A stretch of 56,633 nt of DNA, counting the filler, from Circinaria calcarea (lineage: Eukaryota): the NCBI GenBank assembly GCA_051942165.1. It is 6 parts of 6 records of this genome, joined end to end, with 100 filler letters (N's around TTAATTAATTAA, not from the genome) between each part and the next. Parts side by side here need not be neighbours in the genome. Positions count along the whole stretch, not along the records: positions 18,983 to 28,350 come from JAVECS010000947.1; positions 28,451 to 37,781 come from JAVECS010000948.1; 4 more parts are not named here. The stretch is one strand, 5' to 3'. How positions within the stretch are numbered: the first letter of the stretch is position 1; every line of letters begins with the position of its first letter. The notes below the pieces were generated by a model that worked only from the letters and a program-made list of their open reading frames with translations, was not told where the DNA came from and ran no database searches. Of this stretch, positions 22,640-36,799 are shown piece after piece. A program made the position numbers and the translations under genes.

Positions 22640-24039
22640 CTTGTAAACTATTAGTGACCAGAATTGAGCTGAGTCTCTAGCTAAAGGTAGGTCAATGAGT
22701 AAACTGGGAGATCGGCGGGGTATTATCAACTTATCATCAAAACACGTGAAAAGACTACAAATAGACCGTCTGGAATCTTCCGACTTTCTTCAGTAATACT
22801 GGTTGGAGACCGGAAAAAACCGGATTTCTTTGCTGGGTGGACGACTTTGAATTTCTCACTTACCCCAAGATTGTACACGATGCACCTAGCCTGGGTTCCA
22901 GTAATTTCTGCCCGATACTCAAATACTCTGTGGATCGGAACGGCTTCCTATCCATCTCATGAAACTAGATGTTGTTCTGGACTGCAGCCCGCTTCGCTAA
23001 CAATCCTAATATATATAAACGTTTCGAGTTGCAATAGAGTGATAAACTTCTGCTTAGAAGCACAAACGTAAACCTTGGTTACCTTTTGCAACTCCCGTGT
23101 AGATTAAGTAGAATTGCTCCATGTGCCTTACCATTCCTAGGGATTTATGAAGTTCGAAAGGGGCTCCGGGATCATAGCCGCATTGGAAAGCTTTTGTTAG
23201 CTTGAATTCGTCAGAACCCTGGGACGAAGATTCCTCGTAGGAGAAGGTCGACTCCTGGTAGTTGGTGACGGCCGGCCAGCTGGTGTAAGCAAAGAGAGAT
23301 GGTTCTTTCAAGTACACACGTATGGCACTGGGATATAGATCTGATAGGCTTTCTTCGACACTAATACTATTCATACAATAACTAAATAATAATCGACCAG
23401 CGAGGTGAATAATCATATGCTCGTCAAATGATAAAAGATAGAACCGTAACGATCGATGCGTAAAAGCCAACGCAGATAAACCGAAGAGGATGATATTCGC
23501 GTTTTTTGACCACAAGAGGGTATCAGATCCTATCCGTGCAATTCTCCCCATTCATCAATTCAATTCGTTTTAGTTGTACAAGTGTGTATCAATGTGTATC
23601 ACGTGATTGTAGCCGAATAGTTAGTTTCCAACCAGATTATTCGGTTCGCATTGAAGTTATTATTGTATCTTTAGATCCTCGCCCGCCTTGATGGTTTCCG
23701 CGTGGCAATAGCACCATGAGAGTACCTTAGCGCAGACGATGTACTTCGATATAAAGTAGCATCAGTGTATCTGTACGCCGTACACGTCGATGTGCTGGCC
23801 TTATAGTAAGATCGAATAAAACGATGGGTCACGCAAAGCGTTGGTCTGCTCGACGCGAGCGACGGCGGAGCATCATCCCGCAGCTGAGGATGATCAGATC
23901 TCAATCATCTGTGATGGCGCACGATGTTAGCCTCCATGTTGGAAGGTATCAAGGTTTCTCCTGATGCCAATTACTTTGAGCTTGCCAAGAAAATCGTCCC
24001 AGGACTTGAGGGTAAATAAGAAATCCATCTCCAAGAGCC

Positions 24040-27000
24040 TTATTTGGGGCGCTTCACCTGTGATGAATCATTGAAATATGACGGACCCATGTCCCACCGC
24101 CGTTTCAGTCGACCAGGTTCGTATGTGCTTGCGACGGTATCTTGCCACATGCTTGGACTGACAAAAGAATGCCCAATGCTCGAGTAGCTCGAGGTCTGAG
24201 GAAGATTCATCTGTGGCATTTGCGACATGTTAACAGGCATGGGATAAAGGGACTGCTGCGTTGTGTCTTGTAGATGTGGCAAGTCATGCGAGCTGGTGTT
24301 GGACGGTGTGTACATGGTTGGCGATGGTTGATTGATCGAGTTCGTGGGGACGGAGATGTTGCTGGACGGTGTTCCGAAAGCTGTATTCCATTGACTTGGA
24401 TGACGGTTAGCAGGTTTTCTTGGCATACTAACTTGACGCAACGAAATATTGACGGCATACTCAAAGATCCTGGTGGGATTCCACGCCAGACTACTCTCAT
24501 CGTCCAGATGGCTGCTTGGCATCCGCTGAAGGTGCCTCTGACCCGTCGACATCATCGCCAAAGACGCGGCTGCCGTCGAACCATCTTGGGAATCATCGTG
24601 ACCGGCGGAGATGGGCGGTGTGATTGGTGGAGCGTTGTACTGGACGTGCGAGCTCGGCTCATGCGCCGATGAGTAGCCCAAAGTCCGATCTTGGTAGTGG
24701 AGGTCAGCAGGTGGACTCGGTTGTAGGCGGGGCGCCGGGCTGCCGTATGGGAAGCTCGGCTTCAATTCAAACGGCTTCGTAATATCGGCCGAGAATGCCT
24801 GTCGGAGGGATTGAATCTGCATTTGCATCTCCTGCAACGGCCAGGCCGAAATGCAGTTTTCGAGAATCCGCATGTGGCGCTTAAAATATTCCTTCGCATC
24901 GGTATTGAAGTCGGGATCCGGCGACGTGATGGCCACCTCGAGTATGGTTAGCGGCCGAGACGGAGGGGTGTATTCATAGAATAGAGCTTTACCAGATGAA
25001 GCATGGTGCAAGTGAGAATGCAGTAGATGGCGAAGTTGATGCCTGTTGGAGATCAGCCGGATCGACGCATTCAATACGAGAATTACGAGCCTCACCTCGT
25101 TGCATGCAGAGAAGACCATTGACCCCAAAGCCTTGCACCAGGGCTTCCTGTATCCTGCACAGGCTCTTGGCAGACAGATAGCAGAGCGTCATATGCTGCT
25201 TCCAGCTACCGCCGGCCGCAAAGGTCGACGAACACATCAGCTGCGGGCGGTGAAGCATGATAATGCTTAGATGGTAGTAACAATTCACGTTGCCGACAAA
25301 GTGAGACGGCAGCCATGGAGCCGAGCCGTCCGGAGGATAGTGTATTACCATGTCCGAAGGAAGCTCTTCGCGCCACTTCAAGAAACAGGGATTGAGACTC
25401 ATTAAACCGGCATTGGCTCCCCATTCCTTTTGCTTCTTGATCTTCGCATATGTGTCGGTCAGCATTCGTACGTTACGGACCACCTTTACTAGATATGTGA
25501 ACTGCCACGAGACATGGTAGTCGGACTCTTCCACGCCTGGGGAGGGGGACTGTTGAATGCTGACATCCACGGTATCTGTATCGACACCCATATCGAACCG
25601 TCCTAGTCCCTGATCAGCCCCTGTCTGGGAAAAGAATCCGGGCTGTAAGAAATAGCATATTTTATATCTCATACCTTGTGGACCACCAACCATCATCTCG
25701 CAAATGTATATAGTTTGCCAAATTCTGGTTTTGACAAGACATTCAGTGGGGTCAGACCCGCAACTCCGGCCTTCTTTATGGTTCGCGTAATGATCATGAA
25801 GTTCCAAATCCTTAGCCATCGCAACCAAAGTCTTAATAGTCATCCATGAGCGAAAGTAATAACCTCTCTTCGGAGCCGACTCTCGTGCTTTCAACAAAAT
25901 GAGAAGAGCTTGAATCGTGCTTAATCGGGGTACGTCCATGAAACAATCCTCATGCTCTAATGGGTGTAAGTATTAGGTCATCTTAGGCACTCGTTTTGTT
26001 ATTGCACTTACTTGAAGCAAGCGCTAACCATTGTGCACCTTGGGCTGGATCGTTGGACATTCGCCCGGCGCAAGCAAATATTACCTCTAAAAGAAGTGGT
26101 GAAATCTTCCCTCGATCTGTTTGCCACTGTTTATAGAAGTAAGGCTTACTTATCACTGGTACGTAAGGATGGATTTCAGTAAAAAATGTATCAAAGTATT
26201 CTGCAACCTGTTCATCCGAAGGCATAAGCTCTGGAGGGATCCGCACAATAGCACCGGAGCCAGATGTCACAGTTGGCAATGTAACTTCGGAATCTTCAAA
26301 GGCGGCTTCTCCAGCAAGAGTGGTTTTCTGTTGGAAGATGTATGGGGCTTTGTATAATTAGCCAGATCCACCAAACAGAATCTAGAGTATGCCAGCGCTC
26401 ACCGATTCCAGTCTCGTCGATCTTGAGTTCGCCTAGTACTTCGTGAAGGTTTGCCGCCGAGACTTGATCACCGGTCCATGGATCACTGCCGTCGGCTATC
26501 TGAATCGGGTGAACACTTGGCACTTGGAAGCTAGCTTGACGATGAAAGGACAGTCCACTTGCTGGCATCTGCATTGCCGACATGTTATCGTATCCAAGTG
26601 CTTGCTGATTCTCTATCTTCTCTGGATATGGGGGCTGATTATAGGTTGCGAAACCACCGTGATACGACGGCGCTTGAGATGCGCTGATCAAGTCTGGGCC
26701 ACTTCCCATCTGGTACATATTTTGGCCGCCTGTGGGTTGAGAAAATTCCTCGTCTCCACTGCCGCCACTAGAGTTATCGAAATCCAAGACCCTTTCGAGT
26801 CCCGAGACGTTACTTCCACTGGCCTGACTGCGGTTATAGTTTACTGTCGGCGGTACACAGTGTAACTTTAGCCTCACACAGGCAGCGCAAGGCCAAGCGT
26901 TAGTCGTTGCTGCATCGCACTTGATCTTTCGTCTTCGGCAACCTTCGCAAGCTCTCATGACTGTGCGACTCGTTAGACCGGGAGAGTTCAGACGTCAAAG

Positions 27001-27212
27001 GATACCAAACCTTTTAGCCGCTTGTGGCGGTTGTGTTCGTCAACAAACACATAATCTGTATACCATCAGCATTTGTACCATACTCCAAGCCTAATGGCCT
27101 TGTGCCACATACTCTTTTTAGTGTCTCCGAGCCCCATGTTAGGAGGCGCAAACGAAAAGGGCTGCATTTGTGTAGTCTGCGGCAGCAGAGGCCGGCTGGC
27201 TGTCCGGTTCAT
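24040..27212 (-). CDS. Zn(II)2Cys6 transcription factor with fungal-specific TF (middle homology) domain, multi-exon
   Basis: Spliced N-terminus MNRTASRPLLPQ...KKNYVFVDEHNRHKRLK|VMRACEGCRRRKIKCDAATTNAWPCAACVRLKLHC; FFTEIHPYVPVI; STIQALLILL; AKDLELH; YHLSIIMLHRP. Confidence 0.93.
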
Positions 27213-28350
27213 CCAATACTCTTAACTTTCAAAGGGGCTGAACGAGATTTGAGGTTGATGCTGTAATAGTGTCTACTGCTTTAGAGCGGTGACATGTGGA
27301 TGGGGGCTCGAGTCCCGTTTTGGTGATGGTGGAGTTGATATGGCTCCAAAGCTAAAGCCTTCGTGAGGACCGATACTCGTGATGATTAAGTTCATATAAG
27401 ACTGAATCTGCAGGTACACGGGTCTTTGGAGACCAATGGATGGGTACGGAAGCTCTCTGATATTCCTGGGCCGAGGGGCTGCAGCGGCAATGATACGGTC
27501 GGGACGTTAAGCAGGCGTCTTGATGCTCAAAGGAGAACTCTTATCTCGGCCTCCGAGGTAATTTCTCTCAAGCGACAGGCTGCACAGGCAGGGTAAGACG
27601 TGTAAAGATCTGATAGGAAATATAACGGCGATACACGTGGGTCGGGTAATGCGATCAACCGATGGATAGTAATGAAGTTGACAATACTAGCGCAGAGTCC
27701 GCATTCCAAACGGTATCGTTGATGGATAGTAGGGTGTTTGGTAAACGGAGGAAGTCCTTTCTTGGGAATCAGTCCGTCGAGTGCGAGGGCGGCCGATACC
27801 GTCTTAACAATCCTCTGTCGCAGCTCTCGGCATGCGCACACCAGTGTTCCCTCTCCTAACCCCACTGCCAAATCAGTCTCGTAGCTGCACGGCGATACAA
27901 GGTTGCTGTTGTGATTTGAACAGGGCGGCTTGCTCCCTTGCTCCTGGTTGGAAAAAACGGTAGGAGTTTGCACTAATCAGTAGAGGCTGAAGCTTGTTGG
28001 TCTTCTAGAAAGGTGTCGGAAACCCCATGTACCACCCTTCCCGGTCGCAGACTGGATCGCAATATCAGAACGACCGTTGCCTCCACGATGCGCTTCCGTT
28101 ATTCTGGCCGTCAAATGTGCCGAAGGATGTCGCGATGGTATCGCGATCAAAACCGACAAAAGGTGTCACCAATGTTGGTTAGATTCGGATACGACGTCGA
28201 GATTTGGTGACGAGAGTTCGAGGTTGATAGGCGGGGTAGATTCCACCCAACGGTCGGCCGATGCCCTCGGCCACAGGGAGACCTTTGTAGGCTGTACTCT
28301 CCGGGGGGCGGTCGACTGTGGAGAGGGAAGAGGGAGGGGGGGAGCTGTCT

Positions 28351-28450
28351 NNNNNNNNNNNNNNNNNNNNNNNNNNNNNNNNNNNNNNNNNNNNTTAATT
28401 AATTAANNNNNNNNNNNNNNNNNNNNNNNNNNNNNNNNNNNNNNNNNNNN
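28351..28450. other. Artificial contig-joining spacer
   Basis: N-run/TTAATTAATTAA/N-run. Confidence 0.98.
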
Positions 28451-28613
28451 TCTTTCTCAGGGGATGGAAAGTATAGTAGGGGCTGTTGGACAGAAGAGGC
28501 GTTACTTGAGCAGGGTGATCGAGCGAGCATTTTGCAGATGGTTGTCTAGATATGAGTTCGGGGAGGGAGGCCTTTGACAGTAGAGATGGCCTTTGTATGA
28601 GGTCTATTATGTG

Positions 28614-28745
28614 TGATGCATGCTAGATCAGCCAAGTCTATCTATTCTATAATTCCTAGTTCCAGCAATCTCGTTGATGCATGCTAGATCAGCCAAGTCT
28701 ATCTATTCTATAATTCCCAGTTCCAGCAATCTCGTTGATGCATGC
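28614..28745. repeat. Direct tandem duplication of a 61-bp unit (two copies plus 10 bp)
   Basis: tgatgcatgctagatcagccaagtctatctattctataattcc[t/c]agttccagcaatctcgt at 28614 and 28675, one mismatch; partial third copy at 28736. Confidence 0.95.
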
Positions 28746-28861
28746 CAATACAACATCTCACCTTCCCAAAAGCCCTCTTATAGTTTCCAATCTAATCCCT
28801 AACTCCCCCCAAACCTCTCCAAATCATACTCCCATCCCCCCTACCAAACCCCGAACGACCA

Positions 28862-29086
28862 TCACATCTCTTCCAACCCCGCTTCCAAAGATAAAAACTC
28901 TCCACAATCATCGCAGTAGTAATCATTGAAGCCTTCGCACTCGGCAACCAGAAACGGACACTCGGTGCTGTCTTCGTAGCCGGGCCCGTCCGGGTGGAGA
29001 ATACGGTTGGGGCAGGACTCGATGTCTTCGGTGAAGATCAGCGTGCCGTGGTTGCAGGCGTAGTGGGAGTAGAGGAGATGGCACAT
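28862..29086 (-). CDS. Small Cys/His-rich protein, 74 aa, possibly metal-binding
   Basis: MCHLLYSHYACNH...C...C...CDDC: the MC-x8-C-x-H...CxxC pattern typical of small fungal proteins. ATG at 29086 lies within the listed 108-aa ORF. Confidence 0.55.
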   Translation of the reverse strand: MCHLLYSHYACNHGTLIFTEDIESCPNRILHPDGPGYEDSTECPFLVAECEGFNDYYCDDCGEFLSLEAGLEEM

Positions 29087-30426
29087 TGTGGAAGGGCGGA
29101 CCGGGGTTGGAGTGGTTTGGGGGAGAGAAACGTGGTGACTTGAGACCATCGACGTATTCGGAGTTTTAGGAGTTTGTCGATATGGCAAGAGGAGGAGAAG
29201 TCGGCACCGAAGCAGTGTGATAGCGAGCGGATATCGTGAGTTATGGATATGTATTTAGACAACGAGCGTGGAATGGTGGATGCGAATGAACATATGAGGA
29301 GGAAAAGGAGGCAAAACGGTTTGCAAGATGCAGCATGATATACTGCTGCCTGCTGGATCTGTGTGTCATTCTGATTGAATGATACCGCGATGAGTCCTAG
29401 ACTGTAGCAAGAATCATCTGTCAGAAGATACTTTCGAAGTTATATCGAGAGATTGCCGGCTAAGCATATGCTTCATAATACGGGTTGAATAGGAAGCCCA
29501 ACCGCCTCCCAATATGTGGCAGAATCGTAAGTTTGCTTCCGGCTGTAGAGTCATGGAACAAGACAGAGATCTTCTTTGGGAGAGGCTTCACCGCTATGAC
29601 TCTTCGGGTGCGCCACATTCAGGCAGCATCGGGCTACCGGGGTAGATCACCAATCAGTGGTCTTCAGGTATCCATGATTTGTAATACCCGCCAGAGACAG
29701 TACTCCTATAAGAGAGTAGACACACCCCTTGCTTAGACCGGAACACAGCCTCATGAATTATAAGTACACTGAAAAAAACTTGAAAGGTCATCCCCGTATA
29801 GTGTGGAGTTAATGGAGATATAGACAGTCCAGCTCTTCCTTATACTGCAACGACAAGAAGAACTATAAAGTTGCCACCAAAAAGCAGGAAGAGACCCCAT
29901 TCAGTCATGCTGATCGGTTGAACGGGGTCAGCCGGCATCGCGGGATCATTCACTGTTTTCAAGCTATATCAGTCGAGAGATATAACTCTCAGCGACATAC
30001 ATAGACAATTCATTTTAGGTCAAATTTTCCAGTAGAGGGAAATATTGCCTACATACTACAGGAAAGATAAAATTTGCCACTTTGAAGTCGATTTAGGACT
30101 GATTGATAACCGTTTTGGGACTAGTGCCAATTAGCCTCTATCGAAAATCTCTTCGATGCCCCATGTCATTTGTTTCCTCCATCCTTTTATCTGCACTCCT
30201 TTAACTTCCTTCATATATTTTATTATTAGTCTTCGGGTTCTATACGGATTGGCCTTCTTTGAAATATTCGGTACTTGATTGGTTCCCCGGGCTTCGAGAA
30301 TCTTGATTTACACTCATCATGTGTTCGTTGCCAGACCCCTTTACTAAGCGTCTTGTACTTTATACAGTCAGCTTTTAGTGTCCTGTTATTCTCATCCATC
30401 AACCTTTTGCGTGACTTTCTTTGGAG

Positions 30427-33074
30427 ATGAAGTCACGTATTTTATTCGTCGATGCATACGACTCCTTTACCAATAATATTATTTCTCTTCTGGAAACACG
30501 CCTCGATGTTGAGGTGACTCAGGTGAAGATTGACAGCAAGATCGACAACCTCGGAACTTTCTTGCGCCCATTTTCAGCCGTGATTGCTGGACCGGGTCCA
30601 GGCAATCCCACAAATGATGCCGATATCGGTCTGATCAGAGACCTCTGGAGGCTAGAAGGACCCGACCTATTGCCCGTTCTCGGTATATGCCTCGGACTTC
30701 AAAGCCTCGTTTTGGCCTTTGGAGGGACCGTCAAGCCATTGGTACAGCCACGACATGGTGTTGTGACTCTCGTGAAGTCTAGTGATAAATCTATCTTTAC
30801 GGGCATCGGCGACTTCTACCCTGTTCAGTACCACTCCCTCCATGCCTCCTTGGGACATTCGCATGCAGAACTCTCCAACTGTACCGAGGATTTATGGACA
30901 ATTACTCCTGCCTGCCCTGATCTTGAACCTCTTGCTTGGGACCTGCCATCTGGTGGCCTATATGACGGATGGGTTCAGGGCAACCCACAGAATCCATATC
31001 CCATCCTGATGGCTGTCAAGCATAGACTTAAACCATTCTTTGGGCTTCAATTCCATCCAGAATCCATCTGCTCCGATGCCAAGGCCCAGATGGTTATTGA
31101 ATCCTGGTGGAGTATGGTGAACAAGTGGAATGGAACACACTCGCGGACTCCCTTTGTCTTCGATTACAAGGTCAAGGCATGCCCTGCTAATAGCGCCTAT
31201 GCACCTTATACAACAGAAGAAGCCTTGTGTCTCCCGCAGATGTTGAAAAAGTATCCTGATCTCGCAGGCCTTGATAGCCCCAGAATATCTGCTTCGTCTT
31301 CTGTTTTCCATTCGACACCGTCATCGTCTCGATCGCCCTCTCCGTCTTTTACTTCTTCTTCGTCGGCGCCGACGTCGCCCCGGTTAGCCAAGATTGGAAG
31401 CCAAGAGTATGGGGTTACGTCAAAGGCTTGTACCCTTGGCAACCTTGATATTCCTGAAATTTGCAGTCTACTTGGACTATGCTCGGATGAAGTCATTTTG
31501 CTTGACTCGGAAATGCGGCAAACGCCCGAGGTAGCCACTCACAGCATTGTTGGTATAGTAACAGCCGATACTATGAGGCTTGAGTATACTGTTGGTACTC
31601 ATTTCGTACGACTGATCCACAGTAGAAGGAGTGCTGTTGAGGACCTTCGATACCATGGTGGGACCATTTTCACTTATCTTAAAGAGTTTATAGGAAAGCA
31701 CGCAGCCAAAGGCTCGTGTGCAGAGATACCATTCTGGGGCGGCTTGATGGGATACATTACATACGAAGCGTGCTTAGAGACCATTGACATTCCCCAAGAT
31801 GGAGATTCTAGCAATCGACCGGATATCTGTTTTGCTTTTATCGAGCGAAGCATAGTCATAGACCACCAACGTGGACTTGTACACATTCAGAGCATAAAGT
31901 CTGATGATCACGTTTGGGTTATGGAAAGCTACGACGTGTTAAATAATTCTAATAAAGGTTATTGCAAATGTACAGGTGGTTCCGAATCCATAAACCAGGA
32001 CGATATGATAGTAAGGGACCTTATTACCTGTTTAAAACTGAACTAATCCAACTGCTACAGGCCAGTACCTACCTCTCATCCCCTATAAGCGTCAATCATC
32101 CAATAGAATCAAAGTACAAAGCCAAGATCCGTGCTTGCCAGCAGTCTGTTCGCGCTGGCAACTCTTACGAGCTCTGCCTCACTAATCAGGTTTCGGTACA
32201 GGTCAATTCTCCCCTCGCTTCAACGTCATGGCCCCTTTATCTTCGACTTCGACGCCTCAATCCTGCTCCTTTTGCCGCATACCTTCGCCTTGGCCCGCTA
32301 ACACTCCTCTCTACCTCCCCCGAGCGTTTCATGTCTTGGAGTCGTCCAACTTCAAGTAATTCTCACCAATCCGAAATCGTTTGTCAGTTCCGTCCAATCA
32401 AAGGGACAGTGCGCAAGCAGCAGATCATGAGCTCTAATGCTACACACACTGTGACTCTCGCCGAAGCTATAGCACTATTATCAACCACGAAAGAGCGAGC
32501 AGAAAATCTGATGATAGTGGATCTCATACGCCATGATCTTCATGGTGTTGTCGGATCAGGTAACGTTCACGTAAGAAAATTAATGGTGGTTGAGGAGTAT
32601 GAAAGTTTGTTTCAGCTCGTGAGCGTCATCGAAGGCACATTGCAGTCGCCATCGTCCCATTTGGAGATAGGTAGAAATAATAAAAGAGAGAAAAAAGATA
32701 TGGAAGAGGCTAAGACAGGCATTGACGTGCTCGCAGCAAGCCTCCCTCCTGGCAGTATGACAGGAGCTCCGAAGCGCCGATCATGTCAACTTCTCCGTGC
32801 CATTGAAGATTATAAGCCTAGGTCTGTCTACAGCGGGGTCCTGGGTTATATGTGTGTTGGAGGCCGAGGTGATTTCTCAGTCGTGATACGAAGTATGTTC
32901 AAGTGGGATACCGAAGGTCAACAGCATGCGAGTCGGCGTTGTATGGGAGACACATGGCAAATAGGTGCTGGAGGCGCAGTGACATCCTTGAGCACTGAAG
33001 AAGGGGAGTGGGAGGAGATGAAGACAAAAGTGATGAGTACAATGGGCCTGTTTACGGGCTCTCAGCCCAGTTGA
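30427..33074 (+). CDS. ABZ1: Aminodeoxychorismate (PABA) synthase, fused glutamine amidotransferase + chorismate-binding domains
   Basis: ILFVDAYDSFTNN, GPGPGNP, GICLG (catalytic Cys), YHSL, QFHPES; then PFWGGLMGY, GNSYELCLT, KERAENLMIVDLIRHDL, SLPPGSMTGAPK. Intron 32011-32060 (GTAAGG...CTAAT...CAG) joins the two ORFs. Confidence 0.95.
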
Positions 33075-33863
33075 TGTAACAGCTTCCAAAGCGACGGGAC
33101 AATACGAGTACCTAAGCCAACAGCCGGATCCCTTCCGCAAGTTATGACTACGGTTGATATATCATTGGGCCCCTTAGTCTCAAGTCTATGCTACGGTGCT
33201 GTTAATAGGCAGAGATATTAGCAAGTTCGCTTCACAGATATTGCCGGGTTTAGGCGGGTTAGCAGATATGGTAAAACACCAGTCCCCGGCCACGACTGCA
33301 CAGTGGCGCTAACCCCTTCCTTTCAATAAGAGAAATATCATGGACCTACTTCGACAACTGAAATAGGGGGATATTTTCCCTTGTCGATATCTAAGTAGGT
33401 ACAGAGTATTGCAACTGGATTAGTGCGAGTGTTTGAGAGCATCCTGGTTATGGGAGAAGGAAACGTGGCATAAAAAGGGAAACATCCTGAAGAGTGGACG
33501 GGGAAGGAGGAGATTCTACTCCATAGGAATCCATAGTGACCTACAGCATATTGGCCAAGCGGCCGTAACAACAATCAGGATGTCTGATACTCTGTAGCGA
33601 ATCACAGCACATTGCGACCTCACTGCATTAGTCCGTGCAGGCGCATTGCATTACGGAGTACCTCACACCACTCGCCCTATTCTCGCTCTCGCCCTTTTTC
33701 AGCTGGGGCATTGTTAAAGCAGCGGGCAGCCTCCAGACGATTTCATTAAGACTAGACTCTCCCTCCCCTTCACGACAGCGCACCACACCAGCAAAACTTC
33801 CTTCCCAGATCACACACTTTTCCATCTAGCCTTACGATTTCGCACGCCGCTTTTCGTCGAAAA

Positions 33864-35825
33864 ATGTCGGAGCCACCGCATCAGGTGCCGTTTGACGCCT
33901 GGAACAGGCAGCTTCGCCCGGATGGCTGGGATGATCTTGGCCTTGTGCTCCAATCAGATGATTTGGAGGGCGGGGACAGGTGAGTAAAAAAAAAGAGAGT
34001 TGCTAACAAAGAGGGCGATGTCAGACATCCCGCATCGTCCTTCAACTTTAGCGCTACTATTGATAGTGACCAATACAACAATGTGTCGAATGGTACCGCT
34101 GGTGATGGCAGTTCAATCTCGCACAACGGATATAGCTCCTATTCGTCCAACAACATTACTACTCCTGCCATTCCAGTACCAGACGCATTCATCAACTACA
34201 ATTCAAGCGCATTTGATCATCAAGCTGTACCATCGTTTAGCCATGTAACCAGCGACTTCAACCGCAGTACCGGCGTTATTGAACATGCAACGCCGTCGAC
34301 ATTTGGATACAACTATATCAACACTGCTCACTTCTGTCACGAAATTAGTGATGGACCACCGTTGCGAGATGTGAACGGCGGTTTTGCTTCCACTTGGCCA
34401 TCAGCGCCATTGGTGGAGGGAACTACTGATCTTGTTGCAAGTACCTTCAGTCATGGCTTGGCACCAAATCTACTACACGAGTACGGTAGCTTTGTGCCTA
34501 CTGTACCAATGGCTGGTTCTGCGACCATATTAACGAACGCCTATGGAAGCTGGGATCCAAGGACATCTGATCAGAATACTGCACCGCCATTATCCACTGC
34601 ATACAGCAGTTTTACTCCTACCACCAACTTTACCAGCCTACCAACACCCTCTTTTGATGGCTACGACACCTTTGATCCAACTTACAATGTTGGATATCCG
34701 GCACTGTCAATGCAAAGCCTGCATGTAGAAGACACCATTGTGCCAGAGGATGGACTTTCTTCCAACTTATCACCCATGCCAATGGTCGCCAATTTCGAGA
34801 CAGATATATCATTAGGGGGAACATCCGTAGCGTCGAAGGAACTGAACAGGTATGTTCTACCGAAAGTTGCTTTTTATCCTAAGCTAACTTAAATAAGTAA
34901 ATATGTATGCGCTGTCTGTAACAAGGATCAACTCTATGAGTGGCGCTTAAAGGATCATGCTAGAACAAGCAACCATGCCATATATCAGTGTATACATGAA
35001 GGATGCTATGAAAAGTTCTGCCGACCGGCCGAGCGAAGGGATCATCAACTTGAAGCCCATGTGACAGATCATGCCCGCATCCGATCAATCTCCGCACTTA
35101 CCTGTGATGCCTGTGATGAAGCATTTGATTCACATGCAGACCTCCATCGTCATGCAAGGGAGCAACGTCATGGGTCATATGCCTGCACGTGTACTCAGAC
35201 ATTTTCAAGAGTCGACGTTCTTCAACGACACTTAAGTCAACATCTACCAGGGAAACCTAAATATCCCTGTACACACTGCAAACGTCACCGAGGGGACAAT
35301 GGCTTCAAGCGTAAGCAGCATTTGACACAACATTTACGCAACTATCATCATATTAGCCCAGATGTCAACCCTCCCTACTCGTACTTCTCGACATCTCAAG
35401 TATGCCCACATCCCGAGTGTTCTGAATATCGTGGCCCAGCGTTTCAGGAACTGAGCCGTTCTGAACAGAAGAACCAGAAGCCTTTCAGGAACCAAGGGGA
35501 GTTTACGAAGCATATGCGTGAAGCTCATGACGAGTCCTCTTTCCCATGTGATATTGCACACTGCCCCAGGGTTGGAGGGAAAGGGTATTTCAGAGAGAAT
35601 GACTTTTTGAAGCACCGCAAGAATCAGCATCCTAATGCTCCCCCGTATGTTCTTAGCGAGCGCAGCGTTCTTTATCCATGCCGCAAGCCTAACTGTCGTC
35701 GTGAAGGGAAGAATGGCTTTAAAGATCCACATGGACTGGTGCAACACTATATGAGTTATCATCAGTACGGTTGGGAGAAGTCTCAGTGTTTGGTCGAATT
35801 CGCGAACGTAGGTGTGGTCGAATGA
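33864..35825 (+). CDS. Multi-C2H2 zinc-finger protein (about 8 fingers), probable transcription factor
   Basis: S/T/P-rich N-terminal half, then CAVC..H..H, CIHEGC, CDACDEAF..LHRHAREQRH, CTCTQTFSRVDVLQRHLSQH, CTHC..FKRKQHLTQHLRNYH, CPHPEC, CDIAHC, CRKPNC. Start codon tentative. Confidence 0.85.
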
Positions 35826-36799
35826 AAGACGAATTAGCTGGATTGTTGGTGGTATTAGGAACTCAGAACATACTTGGCTATGTCTTATGATTATGATTAT
35901 GTTTTCCCTAGTCACTTTCTTTAGAATACAGATTGGAGTTCCATAGATTGTTTAGGTATCCGTTAAGCTAGCAATGTCACTCGCTTCTCCAGCCACTACT
36001 TACTCTTTGGAAGTATCTCAACTGTCTGCCTGCCAGTCGCTCTTCCTATAATCTAGTCCCGAGTCAAGCAATCAACCCGTCATCCCCGAGTATTGATGAC
36101 CACCCCAGACATACTGATTTAATCGTCACGCTCTATCTAGTGCATACAAGTCCTCCCTCTTCCATTTGGGGCGCATGGTATTCCTTGCCTCCTCCTCGTC
36201 ATGGGAAATTTAATTTTGGTAGAACCTATATTTAAGATTTTGGAAAGGGGTTACCTGTGTTGTATATCTGATCGAGTGTGAAAGCTGCGATTGCTTTACC
36301 GACTATAAATCTCTGTAAGCGAGGACTAGGGTTTTCGGCTTTAGTTAGCGAGTAAACCGCGCTAATATTCATCAATGTCTGCGACCATACTATGGTCGGA
36401 AGAGTATTAATTGCTAGCGTGGCATTAGCTAAATCAATGCCTAATACAGCCAGAGCCTCGCTGTCCACCAGTGAAACCGGTCAATTGATATGAGAAATAA
36501 ATGGCTTTAGCGTGGCGCTAGCAATAAATACCCTTGCGACCAAAGTAGATAAGTGTCACATGTTTATCCCGCGTGAGTTATTTGAGGGCGTATTTCTGTA
36601 GACCGATACGTACGCAGCTACACGTAAATTTGAAGCCTTGTTTACGTTCTTCAGCTGGTGCCAATTACAAAGGTACGTGGGACCCAGCCGCATTCATATG
36701 ACATTCTCACAGTCAACTCAAAATTCTAGCTACCGCTCGCCAAGCCGACGCTGACGCACCTCAATCAAAAATGACTCCTCTAATGATACCCCCACAACA

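Noticed and set aside
23054..23551. 165-aa minus-strand ORF
   Set aside because: No recognisable motif or splice support; may be a degenerate remnant.
19711..27212. Alpha/beta hydrolase and Zn2Cys6 TF as the continuation or regulator of the RiPP cluster
   Set aside because: Separated from the P450 by an artificial spacer; the missing 3' part of the P450 does not resume at 18983.
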